Origin: Squalus acanthias
Taxonomy: Eukaryota
DNA length: 64,000 bases
Assembly: GCA_030390025.1 (NCBI GenBank)
Contig: CM059432.1
Location: forward strand, 124,808,001 to 124,872,000
Direction: 5' to 3'
The notes beneath the pieces are model-generated. The model ran no database searches. It was given only the letters and a program-made list of their open reading frames with translations, and was not told the DNA's origin. Positions 41,266 to 53,904 of this stretch are shown here, piece by piece; the first letter of the stretch is position 1; the number at the start of each line of letters is the position of its first letter. The position numbers were made by a program, and so were the translations under genes.

Positions 41266-41714
41266 TTATTAAAGATGGGGGAGAGAGAGCTTACAGAGGC
41301 ATGGGATAATTCCAGTAACTAAAAGTAATTAGAAGAAAGCTTCCATTTGTTTTCCTGCATGATACCAAAAGCTTACCTAGATCAATGCTAGTAAAGGTGC
41401 TCTCAAAGGCATTTGAAATTTGGACTTGCCTATGAGAGTCATCTGAAATATAGAGGTCAAAGTCTGAGTAAGAAAGATAGAGAAGACCCCAAAACATAAC
41501 AAACACAACGGTCAGTCAAAGAGGATGTCATTTGTGACTTTGGCCAGGACAGTCTTGGTGTTGTAAAACTATTAGATTGTTTGACTAGTTTCATTTAGGG
41601 ATTATTTTAGAAAATGTGCTAGGTAACAACATCCCTTAAACCGTTTTGCTATTGTTGTTTGTTCATACGTGGAGGAAAAAAAATGACACTTGTGTCCTTT
41701 TGTGCTTCATTTAG

Positions 41715-42023
41715 TCTGTTTTTAAGACCTCTCCTCTCCTGGGCTGCTTTCTCTTCGGTCTACCTTTGGGTGTTATCAGCATCATGTGTTATGGAATCTG
41801 GACGGCCGATGGGGAATATGAACCGGAAGAAGGAGAACTACTTCAGGGTGAAGCCATTGACCAGGGAGATGCAGAAGCCAGTGATGAAGAAAAGGAGGAA
41901 GACAATGCTGAACATCACAAAGATGATAATGGAGTTAAAGAAAATTCAAAAGAGCACAAAGATGAAGAGCACAAAGATGAAGAACTGGAAGAGAAAAGCA
42001 TGGTAGAAAAGAAAAGGGATTAA
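41715..42023 (+). CDS. TMX3: TMX3 last coding exon: transmembrane helix, acidic tail, KKRD ER-retrieval motif
   Basis: tttag/ acceptor; SVFKTSPLLGCFLFGLPLGVISIMCYGIWTADGE...MVEKKRD*, stop TAA at 42021-42023. Confidence 0.97.
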   Translation, partial: SVFKTSPLLGCFLFGLPLGVISIMCYGIWTADGEYEPEEGELLQGEAIDQGDAEASDEEKEEDNAEHHKDDNGVKENSKEHKDEEHKDEELEEKSMVEKKRD

Positions 42024-42233
42024 TGTGTGCTTAAATGCTGAGTTCCCTCTAGGATTTCCAAATGATTGAGCGTATGTTACATTTTAACATCAGTGAAGAC
42101 TGTTGGAAAGATAATGCATTTGGTTTTTTTTGTCTTCCCAGTTTGACCTGTACTCTTTACAGAGACCGTCTGGGCTAGAAGAGCTTTGAATGATCATGTA
42201 AATTACATTTTGTTCTTTAGATGCAGATAGTTA

Positions 42234-42467
42234 CAGTAGAACCTCTGTTATCTGCCATAATGGAAAGAGTCCTAGTTGATAATGCAAATTGGCAGATAAT
42301 TGAGAATCCCCAGAATTTGGTCTTCTGGGTATAATATCCAAGGTACAGGAATGAAGGCAAGTATAGTTAATAACAAAAGAAACATTAGCAGGCTGTGCAG
42401 TGAGATGATATCTTGCACAAGGCTTTGTCCCCCACAAAATCTGGCAAATGGATAAGAAGTTCGACTG
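42234..42467. mobile_element. Tc1/mariner (Tigger/pogo-like) MITE in the probable TMX3 3' UTR
   Basis: TA|cagtagaacctctgttatc ... gataagaagttcgactg|TA: imperfect TIRs with TA target duplication. Confidence 0.7.
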
Positions 42468-43914
42468 TAGTTTTTAAACATATATATAACCGTGTGAAAA
42501 AAGAGAGTTCACATTACAAGCAGATTTTCTTTTGTACATGATTCTACCAATCTGTCTCTCCCACTCCCCCCTCCCCCATAAAAATCAAAACGGCTAATGC
42601 GAGACATTATACCTTGTTATATTGGGCATTTGGCTGGTTTTTATATAGAAAATAAGTCAGTGTGGTAGAAAGTGCAGACTACTCACTGATCTTTAGGGTA
42701 TAATTGAGACTTTCCTGTCATTGCTGTTTGCTTATGGTTATAAAGAACTGGATTGATTGCCACTTTAACACCTGAACCAGAGACTTATAAGGCTTTGAAA
42801 GTTAATGCATGCTGGGGGGTTTTTGTTGGAAAAAAAAAATTCCCCTCAAGATCATCGTCACATGATTCATTTTACTACTAACAGAATGACTCCAGTATCT
42901 GTATTCTCAATGTAACAGTTGTGAAAGAAGAATGGAAACCAAGCTGTGATTATTTTGTGTTTGATAGTTATGCACCTAAAATCAAATGTACTACTATGGA
43001 TTTGCAATAAATGTAAAAGAGCAGTTCGCATCTAGGGGAATATAACACACAAACTATTGCTACAGCACATGCAGCTTAAGAATTTTCTATGTTAGCTACG
43101 ATAGGAAGTGCACTGCTAGTGGTGAAGTAGCTAATAATAGACCGGGGTAAGCTGCCGACATTTTCAATTTAAATCCAGATGGGTCTTCCACCCTTATATA
43201 TTAAAAATAAAATAAGCAATAGAAGCAAGTTTAAAAACAGTACATTTTTTTATCCAGCCATGTTACTTGTATCTGATTTTGAAATGTGTAGAATACTTCC
43301 CCAGGAGTTGCTGCCTCTTAATACTGGCAGTTAATGAAGGCAAGCAGTTAACTATAAGGCATACAGTTACTGTAGACAATCCGACAGGATCCCCATAGAA
43401 GTACTCGTAGGCACCTACCTTGTATCTGCAGAGGCGTCAACACTTCCTGTTTAAAGTCAGATGTCTAAGGTGTAGCATTATTTGGAGTCTAAACTGTGCC
43501 TTACACAAGCAGCATTTAAAGCCGGTGCAGTACATTTTTATTGCAATGCAAACAAAATTGGTATCTACTGGGCTGTACCCCCAGTGCAAAGCAGAAGTAA
43601 GTTTTACAGCTGCATCTGTATGGTGGCGATAGGACTGGCTAAGCCAGTACAGTGAGCAGCTACAAAATAAAAGGCACTTCCTTCAAAAGATGTTAGAATA
43701 TCTTTTGGGGGTTTTTTTTAAACCCTCAGATCTAATGTACACTCTTAAAGCTCTTTGCACCTAGTTTTTGAATTAGCAACAGTTCAGATAAACCAGCTAT
43801 TACCACAAACCACTGACTTCTGCAATAGCATATCCATCCTAATGCACAACTTTTGATCTTATCAGTTCACACTAAGTCAGGGATACAACAAAATTAACCA
43901 ATGTAAAATATGGG

Positions 43915-44340
43915 CCTTGGGCTTCTGTGGTTTATTGGATAAGTGTGCTGTGTGGTGTGATATCGGGACCAGAAAACAGCAACTTTCGTTCCCTGCACTG
44001 TACTAAGTTAGCCATCTCAAACTGCTGTCTGCAGTAGAGATACTGCAGTTAGCCTCGGCATTCCTGAGCTAGAGGGGGAAATCAACTAGGATACTCACTC
44101 CTGATTGCTGCCCCATGACCCTGCTGTGTGTATGAATGTGGAGTGAGAGCAGGATTGGGCTCATCTCAAATACCCTCTTAATCCAATAGCCAGCTGCCAC
44201 TCACTGCCCTGCCTCGTACAGGAGAAATGGATGTTTGGGTGAGATAGCAGGGGATTTCCTGTGACAGTGGAACTGTACCTTGGCATCGGTCAGCGCCTTC
44301 AGGAGAGACCAGGTAAGGGAAGAAATTTAGGAAGGTTGGA
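43915..44340 (+). mobile_element. LF-SINE-like element
   Basis: Collinear with the recalled LF-SINE consensus: taagttagc..tctca, gcctc.gc..cctgagctag, ctcctgattgct, caggattgggctc, aatagcc.gc, cactcactg, gtggaactgtacc, gtcagcgccttcaggagag. Confidence 0.7.
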
Positions 44341-45445
44341 AAGAGAAGAAAGCATCTTGAGGATAAATCGTACCATTTTGCAAATGTAGTAACAACCCTT
44401 CTAAGTTGAATACACCCTCCCTGTAATGCAGAGCCCCCCTTAGTTTGTTAGCTGCCAAACGGCACCTAAAGAAAATATATAGATTCTAGAAATTTCAGTT
44501 TTTAAAACTTTCAGAAAAAGGTTTGTTTATAATGAGGAAACAAAGGCAGAGTGTGGTTAATCTGTAAGTGCTTGTTCCTTGCCATTTATAATGCAGCATG
44601 TGGCGCACACATTGACCAGTGTGGAACCTTAGTTCTGTTTCAGTGTCACACCAAGCATTACAATATAAATCATCAGAATGGAGCCGGTTTTAATTTATGA
44701 ATTTTATATAAACTTATTAAAACTGTTGTCAAAAAATTACTGCATTGAGTAGTCAAAAGATAAAACTACTCTTTGAATTATACTGTGCCTCTCAGTGGGA
44801 TAAATTTCATTATAATATATAGAATCATTTTTTAATGTTGCTCAAATGGTTGTGTAAAGGGGAATACTGAATTTAGGCCAAAAAACGATTACGGAATGAC
44901 AATCGTGCTTCTCTGCTCTCCATTTCAAGCCTTTTTCAATAAATTGAACTGCTTCATATTTTTCGTTCTATTCTCTAACGGAAATGATGCCTATCTCGCA
45001 TTTCTGCTGCAACGTAGCTAGCCTTAAATTCAAAATAGAAGGCTCCAGTTACCGGTATCTGTGACATGCTTGGACAAATGAATTTTAATTTAGAATATAT
45101 AATGAAATAGTAATATTCATTTTCACGAGGCATTGACTGTGCTATATCAAGAAAATTATAGTAAGATTGTTTAACCAGCAGTGACTCTCGAACCATTAAA
45201 TTTAGAGTAACTTTAACTACTTCATTTGTCTGGGTGGTTAGCCCTGATTGGATATCCAAATCGAAGTTTTCACACCAAGTTTGTTAATAGAATACTGATA
45301 AGTAACTGAATTCCACTTTTCATAGTACAGAGGTTACCGTTGCAACTTCGCTGTCAAAAACCACTTTCTGATGTACTAACTCATTTTATTATGCTGGAGT
45401 ATGCATTTAGCTTTGTTTATGGGCATTGTTAGTTTGTTTTATATA

Positions 45446-45451
45446 AATAAA
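45446..45451 (+). terminator. Candidate distal TMX3 polyadenylation signal
   Basis: AATAAA followed by a T/GT-rich tract; other AATAAA hexamers (e.g. 43006) are alternatives and there is no transcript evidence. Confidence 0.35.
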
Positions 45452-46649
45452 GTTAAGAAAATCTTTACTTGGTATTTTTTCTTAATTTAAAAAATGTACT
45501 GCACTAACTTGTTTCATCCTATATTTGGCATTTAAGTACAAAGTGCACAGTTAAACATGCATAACATTTTCAAGTGTTAATTTGCTATAATTCACAACTA
45601 TGAACCCTCATTTTTTTGCAAGGGGAGAGAAGAGGCTGAGTTAACTCTATCCATGCAGTTTTTAAAGAATTACATTCAAAATAAAGCTCAATTAAATTGA
45701 ACATTATAAAAACATTTCAGAGTACGACCACATTAACTATCCAAATGTACAACCTTCAATTTTTTTTTTAAAAAGACATTCAACGTCCACATACAAATGG
45801 GTGCAGTGCTAAAGTAGTCCAGAAACTGGACGTGAGACTCGTGTATCCTACATATTCAGGCCACGCTGGATCACTGCAGCACTCATCCTGCTGAGCTATC
45901 AGAACACAATCTCTGTCAAAGCATGAGAATTTCTCCAGAAAATCGCCTTATAGAGATCTTTTGAAAATCCTGTGCATCTTCACACGAGGGGGCACTGCAT
46001 GAGTGAAATGGACGCTTGACTTTCCCTGATAGACGTTGCCCTGCTAGAGAAGCAAAAGGTGATCTAATTCACTACTCTGTTTACAACAACTTGCATTTAT
46101 ATAGCGCCTTTAACATAGTAAAATGCCCCACGGCACTTTACTCCATGTAACTTTTATTTAGTGATGGGATTACTTGTAGTTTAATTTCTGTATTGCTTAG
46201 ATTGGTGTAAAAATTGGTTCAATCCCGATTAGAAAGCTAACCTTTACATACTAACCAGATGATGTGAGGTGGCTGATAAACATCAGTACTGTCTTCTGAG
46301 GTGATGAACCTCAGATACATTATTTTAGAAAAAGTGATTGATGTGATCTCAGGACTGCCTGTCCTCATTCTCAAATGAGATGTACTCCAATAGAAAAGCA
46401 CGCAGCTCACTAACCCTTTGTGCTGAAGTATCGTGTTACAAATTTTAAGCATGCTTTAAACCAGCAATGTCAAACACATTTTATATGGTGGGCCTGATCC
46501 GATATCCTGACACTTGGTGTGGACTTACATTTGGATTTTATTTCCTACATTGCAATAGTGACTACAATTAAAAAGTACTTCATTGTAAAGTGTTCTGGCA
46601 CATCCTGAGGTCGTGAAATGCCCTATATGTAAAATGCAAGTTCTCGGTA

Positions 46650-47800
46650 CTGCTGCTCCCCATACCTGTCACCTCTTGGCTTGAGCCATTGCATCAAGAT
46701 TTGGAGCATATGACTGGGCTGTGGCTATCTTGTAGTTCAAGGTTGTGTCACAAAGTTGAGAACGTAGTTTAGACTTGTTCATATTCATGATGAGGAATAC
46801 TTGTTCACACGTACGTGGTCCCAAACATGGAAAGAATTCTTGATGCCATTTGGGAGAACTTGGTATTTGATAAAACTTGGTAACACCAATATTGGAAAAT
46901 TTGTATTTAGAGCTCTTATGATACATTGTACACATTCCCGTTTTACTGTTCCGTGGTGCCATGACATTGAGTCCCAACTGGGTCATGTAGTGGGTTCAAG
47001 GCAGGAAAATGTGCCGAGCTACTCCGGGAAAGTTGCTTCTCCCACAGCTGAAGCGTCATCTCAAAGGCCCGAATGTTGTCATTATATTCTGTCACTGCTA
47101 TTGGTTACGCCCTGCATTTTTCTGTTGAGAGTTCAGGTGCTTTGTAATGTTCACCACGAAAGCAACGTTTTGAAGCCATTCATTGTCCTATAATTCAGTA
47201 ATTTCCCCTTCTGACCCATGAACAGTTAGGTCTCGCCACGCAATTCAAAACAGCATTTCAACAGAGCTCCTCAACTGCAGTGTGATAATTCCAATTGAAA
47301 AAGCAGCAAAAGGACTTTCCTCCCAGAGTTGACTGTTAAAATTCTGAGCTGCATCATTGATTCTCTCAGCCATTGTGTTTCTTGAGAGGCTGATACTTGC
47401 CGCTTATCTGGATACACTATTTCAGCAGCCTTTAACATGTATTTCTTGAAAATTTCTCCCTCGCAAAATGGTTTCAATGGCGCAGCTATTTCATGGGCAG
47501 TCCCTAGCTTGCCTTAGCAGCATTACTTCCATGGCAACCATTGGTAAACATTGATTTCTGCTTTTCTGAGGACTCTTGATAATTCAGAAAATGTATCTTC
47601 CCGTAACTTTCCTTTGTACTTGTCTCTATGGTTTGCTTCATTGTGTTTTTCAATGTTGTAATCTTTTCAGAACAGCTGTTGGTTACAAATCAACCACAGG
47701 CTTTCCTTTTATGTCTGCAAAAAAAAATGAAATTCTCCATTTCCCTTGAGATGCTCGGCACTCTTGATCTATCTTTCTCTTCTTGGATGAAGACACAACA
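46650..47800 (-). pseudogene. Internally deleted hAT transposase remnant (GTF2IRD2/Charlie-like)
   Basis: KPFCEGEIFKKYMLKAAEIVYPDK and C-terminal TCEQVFLIMNMNKSKLRSQL...KIATAQSYAPNLDAMAQAKR. Confidence 0.8.
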
Positions 47801-47848
47801 CTTGTCACTATAGAACTTAAAAATCAATGTTACCAGATGATCAATAAT

Positions 47849-50800
47849 GGGCCTGAATTTGCAATCGGATGCATCCGATCATCAAAATTTCTACGCATTT
47901 ACCTGGTGGCCCGGGAGGTACGAAGATTCCCGGTCCTGGGCCTCTCCGGGTACGCGCGGGCAGAGGTCGCAAGTGCCCCTGGGATCATGTGGGCTGGCCC
48001 AACCAATGAAAGAAGGGAATCCCCATTCATACTTATGGGAGTTCCGTACATAGAAACATAGAAAATAGGTGCAGGAGTAGACCATTCGGTCCTTCGAGCC
48101 TGCACCGCCATTCAATGCGTTCATGGCTGAACATGCTACCTCAGTACCCCATTCCTGCTTTCTTGCCATACCCCTTGATCCCCCTAGTTGTGAGTATTAT
48201 ATCTAACTCCCTTTTGAATATATTTAGCGAACTGGCCTCAACAACCTTCTGTGGTAGAGAATTCCACAGATTCACCACTCTCTGGGTGAAGAAGTTCCTC
48301 CTCATCTCAGTCTTAAATGGCTTCCCCTTTATCCTTAGACTGTGACCCCTGGTTTTAGTTTCCCCTAACATTGGAAACATTCTGCCCGCATCTAATTTGT
48401 CTAAACCAGTCAGAATTTTAAACGTCTATAAGATCCCCCCTCATTCTTCTGAACTCCAGAGGATACAAGTTCAGTTGATCCAGTCTTTCTTGATATGTCA
48501 GTCTGGCCATCCCAGGAATCAATCTAGTGAACCTTCGTTGCACTCCCTCAATAGCAAGAATGTCCTTCCTCAAGTTAGGAGACCAAAACTGCACACAATA
48601 CTCCAGGTGTGGCCTCACCAAGGCCCTGTACAACTGTAGCATCACCTCCCTACTCCTGTACTCAAATCCCCTTGCTATGAAGGCCATCATGCCATTTGCT
48701 TTCTTGACTGCCTGCTGCACTTGCCTTCTCACCTTCAGTGACTGATGTACCATGATGCCCAGGTCTCGTTGCACCTCCCCTTTCCCTAATCTGCCACCAT
48801 TCAGGTAATAGTCTGCCTCCCTATTTATACCACCAAAGTGGATAACCTCACATTTATCCACATTGTACTTCATCTGCCATACATTTGCCCATTCACCCAA
48901 CCTGTCCAAGTCACTCTGTAGCCTCCTAGCATCCTCCTCATTGTTCACACTGCCTCCCAATTTAGTGTCATCCGCAAATTTGGAGATATTACAATTAATC
49001 CCTTCGTCCAAATCATTAATATATAATGTAAACAGCTGGGGCCCCAGCACCGAACCCTGCGGTACCCCGCTGGTCACTGCCTGCCATTCTGAAAAGTACC
49101 CATTTACTCCTACTCTTTGTTTCCTGTGTGCCAACCAGTTCTCAATCCACGTCAACACATTACCCCCAATCCCATGTGCTTTAACTTTGCACACCAATCT
49201 CTTGTGTGGGACCTTGTCGAAGGCCTTCTGAAAGTCCAAATACACCACATCTACTGGTTCCCCCCCGTCCACCCTATTGGAAACATCCTCAAAAAATTCC
49301 AGAAGATTTGTCAAGCATGATTTCCCTATCACAAATCCATGCTGACTTGGACCTATCATGTCGCCACTTTCCAAATGGTCTGTTATGACATCTTTAATAA
49401 TTGATTCCATCATTTTACCCACCACCGATGTCAGGCTGACCGGTCTATAATTCCCTGCTTTCTCCCTCCTTTTTTAAAAAGAGGGGTTACATTAGCCACC
49501 CTCCACTCCTTTGGAACTGATCCAGAGTCTAAGGAATGTTGGAAAATGATCGTCAATGCATCCACTATTTCCAAGGCCACCTCCTTAAGTACTCTGGGAT
49601 GCAGACCATCAGGCCCTGGGGATTTATCAGCCTTCAGTCCCATCAATTTCCCCAACACCTTTTCCCGACTGATAAGGATTTCCCTCAGCTCCTCCCTCTT
49701 ACCAGATCCTTTGATCTCTTTTATTTCCAGAAGGTTGTTTGTGTCCTCCACAGTAAACACCGAACCAAAGTACTTGTTCAATTGATCTGCCATTTCTTTG
49801 TTCCCCATTATGACTTCCCCTGTTTCTGACTGCAGGGGACCTACGTTTGTTTTTACTAACCTCTTTCTTTTTACATATTTATAGAAGCTTTTGCAGTCCG
49901 TTTTAATGTTCTCCGCAAGCTTCCTTTCATATTTTATTTCCCCTGCCCTAATCAAACCCTTCGTCCTCCTCTGCTGAGTTTTAAAGTTCTCCCAGTCCCC
50001 GGGTTTGCTGCTACTTCTGGCCAATTTGTATGCCACTTCCTTGCTTTTAATACTATCCCTGATTTCCCTTGTTAGCCATGGTTGAGCCACCTTCCCTTTT
50101 TTATTTTTATGCCAGACAGGGATGTACAATTGCTGTAGTTCATCCATGCGATCTCTAAATGTCTGCCATTGCCCTTCCACTGATAACCCCTTAAATATCG
50201 CTTGCCAATCTAACCTCGCCAATTCACGCCTCATACCCTCAAAGTTGCCCTTATTTAAGTTCTGGACCATGGTCTCTGAATTAACTGTTTCCTTCTCCAT
50301 CCTAATGTAGAACTCCACCATACTATGGTCACTCTTCCCCAAGGGGCCTCGCACCACAAGATTGCTGATTAGTCCTTCCTCATTACACAACACCCAGTCC
50401 AGGATGGCCTCCCCTCTAGTTGGTTCCTCAACATATTGGTTCAGGAAACCATCCCTTAAACACTCCAGGAAATCCTCCTCCACCGTATTGCTTCCAGTTT
50501 GAGTAGCCCAATCTATATGCATATTAAAGTCACCCATGATAACTGCTGCGCCTTTTTTGTATGCACCTCTGATTTCCTGTTTCATACCCTCCCCCACCTC
50601 ACTACTACTGTTTGGAGGTCTGTACACAACCCCCACTAACGTTTTCTGCCCTTTGGTGTTCTGCAGCTCAACCCATATTGATTCCACATTCTCCAAGCTA
50701 ATGTCCTTCCTAGCTATTGCATTAATCTCCTTTTTAACCAGCAATGTTACCCCACCCCCTTTTCCTTTTATTCTATCCTTCCTGAATGTTGAATACCCCT

Positions 50801-51491
50801 GGATATTCAGTTCCCAGCCTTGATTGTTCTGGAGCCACGTCTCTGTAATCCCAATCACATCATATCCGTTAACATCAATTTGCACAGTCAATTCATCCAC
50901 CTTATTACGGATACTCCTTGCATTAAGACACAGAGCCTTTAGGCTTGTTTTATTAACACCCTTTGTCCTTTTAGACTTATGATTTAGTACGTACAGCACT
51001 GTCATAAGTATGAATGGGGATGACTTAAAAAATACATGAACACATGAAATAAATATTTTAAATTGCATATAAAATTAATTAAAATGGGATTTAATTAAAT
51101 ATTTTAAACAAATTTAATATTTTTTGAAGAGAATTTGTTTTAACGGGGCTAAAAATAAACTCACCTTATTGGACAGGGTTTTTAAATGAGTGAAAAATTT
51201 TATTTTTCTATTTTTTAAAACTCTTATGCTGGTAAAAGCAGGCCTTATGCCTGCTTTTACCAGGTGTAAGAATTCCACAACCTTTCAGCGAGCAGAAGTT
51301 GGGCAAATAGCGCCACTCTCCATCCGCAGAGACCCTTTTCCTGGGGATGTGGAGGATCTGTCAAGTCTTGACAGATCGCAAGTGCCGGGTTTCAGCGCAT
51401 GCGCTTCGCATGCTTTAACCTGGCACTTGCGCGGCCCCTACGGGTGCGTGCGCACCTTGTACGTACCCGTAGGGGTCGCAAAATACGGCCC
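47849..51491. mobile_element. GGGCC-terminal MITE split by a CR1 insertion (arms 47849-48050 and 50990-51491)
   Basis: Termini gggcctgaatttgc and gcaaaatacggccc; CpG-rich arms; internal 19-bp inverted repeat flanking the CR1. Confidence 0.7.
48051..50989 (-). mobile_element. Young 5'-truncated CR1 LINE with near-complete ORF2 (about 2 frameshifts) and 6-bp TSD
   Basis: ORFs 49431-51068 (EN) and 48418-49425 (RT); tail (catagaaa)n at ~48049; TSD cgtaca at 48045-48050 and 50990-50995. Confidence 0.95.
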
Positions 51492-53107
51492 TATAGTTCA
51501 TGGGCAAAAAATCCTGTCACTTTTTTAAAACTCCAGTGCTACTTTTTCTTCATTAAGCGTTAACAACACAACTGTATGCATTTATATTCCTTTGTTTCCT
51601 TTTAGACAGTCCTGACGGGGTAAGTCAGTCCTGAGCACCAACTGCTCAAATTGAAGTCTGAAAGGACGACAAAGGAACAGCTCATTTGGAGAACAGTTCT
51701 ACTGTGGTGTTGTAGGCTGTGACTGTCTAAAGCAAATATAACTTCATTTTGTTTTACCTCAGTCCACCAGTGCGGTAACAACGAGGAGAACCAGTGACTG
51801 TATGCTACCTGTGAATGAGTATCTGCGCATGCACCCGATATCAAAAGGCAACCAATCATGGCTTTCAACGGCTCAGCAAACCTTTTGGTCAGAATTTTGC
51901 ACAGAACTGGAGATTGGGATAAAATAGGCATTTATAAACAAAGTGGTATAACTGGTTTTGGAATCACCAGCCGCTGCTGGGGCCAACAATCAGTTGTTTC
52001 TCACAATGAACCGAATTGGAATAGTCCTTGTTCCCGGGCAAGCGATTCCTAATAGGAGTGTGGTAAAACCAGGGGTAAGGTCAGTTGGTTGCCTCCATGC
52101 ACCTAGCGGCCGCATTGGTTTCTTTCGAAGTTACTACCAAGAAACTGTCTTGCCTGCCTTAATAATCTGATGGGAAATTTTAGAAAGGTTTTGCAAATTA
52201 TAAACAGGAAACCCACTGTAAACACAAAGTTGCAAGACCAATAGATTCGTTAGATTGCAGGAGTTAGAAGAGAAAGAAAGAATTTACATTTATAGAACAG
52301 CTTATCTTATTCTCAAGATGTTGCCAAAGTGCCTCACAGCCAATAGATTACTTTTACAAGTGCAGTCACTGTTATGTAGTCACTATGCCCCCCAATATTA
52401 TTTCCAAATTTTATAAAAAGCTGCAACTCTTTAAAAAAAAAATCAACAAATACTTTAAAAGGCAACCTAAGACACATTTCACCTGACTGGCAATCAGCCT
52501 ATGTAACAACAGCGAGGAGAAGTGTTAACTACTAGTGCCCGCGTACTGCAGGTGACTGTGCAAAATTGACACTCAATGCACCCAATTTAAAAGGCTTCCA
52601 ATGGCTGAGATGGAAAGTTCAGCCACTCTGCACTGCCTGCCCAAATTCAAACTCTACCATCACACCAAAGACAGGCAGCCGGTTCGGGAGTCTGCATGTT
52701 GGGTGAAAGTGTTCCGCGGACCATATGTTTGACACCGCTGCCTTAGAACATTCTCTCAGGTTCAACAATGCTCTGTAAGCAGTCCCTGCATCTTGCATTC
52801 AACAGTGCACTTGTACTGCCCAATATCTAATCATGCAACAGCGTAACAATAAGAACTCCCTTGTGATCTGAACTAAATGTTGTGCCTTTCATGCGTGTCC
52901 TCACGTGCATTTTTCCAATCTTTCAGTAGGTAGACTGAAAACAATTTAGTGAGACGAGGCCAAATATCAATCGTCTGGATGGTTCACCTTGCAGGAAGCG
53001 GGTGAATGTAAAGTGTGACAGTTACAATCAAACTCCCCACTTAACCTCAAATCACCACTTGTGAACAAGGAAAAAAATGAACGGTGCTACACTATCCCAC
53101 ATTGCAT

Positions 53108-53345
53108 ACATAGAAATACATAGGCTATACAGCGCAGAAACAGGCCATTCAGCCCAACCAGTCTGTCGGCGTTTTTGCTCCACTCGAGCCTCCTCCCATC
53201 TTTCCTCATCTAACTCTATCAGCGTAACCCTCTATTCCCGTCTCCCTCATATGCTTATCTAGCCTCCCCTTAAATGCATCTGTCCTATTCACCTCAACCA
53301 CTCCCTGTGGTAGCGATTCCACATTCTAACCACTCTGAGTAAAGA
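53108..53345 (-). mobile_element. CR1-type 3' tail fragment
   Basis: catagaaatacatagg...caggccattcagccca...cccttaaatgcatc...attccacattctaaccactctg. Confidence 0.7.
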
Positions 53346-53904
53346 TTAGTAGGCTATCAACTTTTCCTAGACAGCCTTCATGATTTTGGTTTTCCTCTTT
53401 TTGTTTCTTCTGATCATAGGAAGTGGGTGGGATGTCCGTCCACTATCTTCCCTGTTCAGCGATTTGCCAGTAGACCTTTCTATAAAACGGTCCACTTTCC
53501 CTCCACCCCGCCAGAGTGGATTCTTGCCAGATACCCCATGTTGGGCTCAAATGAATAGGTCATCCCAACATCAGATGATATAGATGGTCACTAGGATGCT
53601 TAAATTAACTTCTGTTGTCTAAAGCACTCTAAGTCACACAATCGTCTGAAGCCTAATCTGCATTTTTCATCTTTGCTGCTCTGTGAATATTTGAAAGCTA
53701 CATTTAACTTGATAGCAGTATTTTTAACATAAATTACACCAGGAACCTCCTGCAGCAGCAGTGACAGAAATCGTGAAATGTGATACATGGGCGAGTAAAA
53801 TGGCTTTTATGTGCAAGAAACTTAATTTCACGTGAACTGGCAGGTTAAAATAATCAGAGCATTAATTTGTTAAAATACAAATTCAAATCACAATGGTGAT
53901 TACA

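Noticed and set aside
41659..42006. 115-aa ORF overlapping the last TMX3 exon
   Set aside because: It is an alternate frame of a purine-rich exon; the spliced TMX3 frame explains the region.
50990..51068. N-terminal extension MQFKIFISCVH... on the 545-aa ORF
   Set aside because: It is read-through from MITE sequence beyond the CR1 truncation point and TSD.
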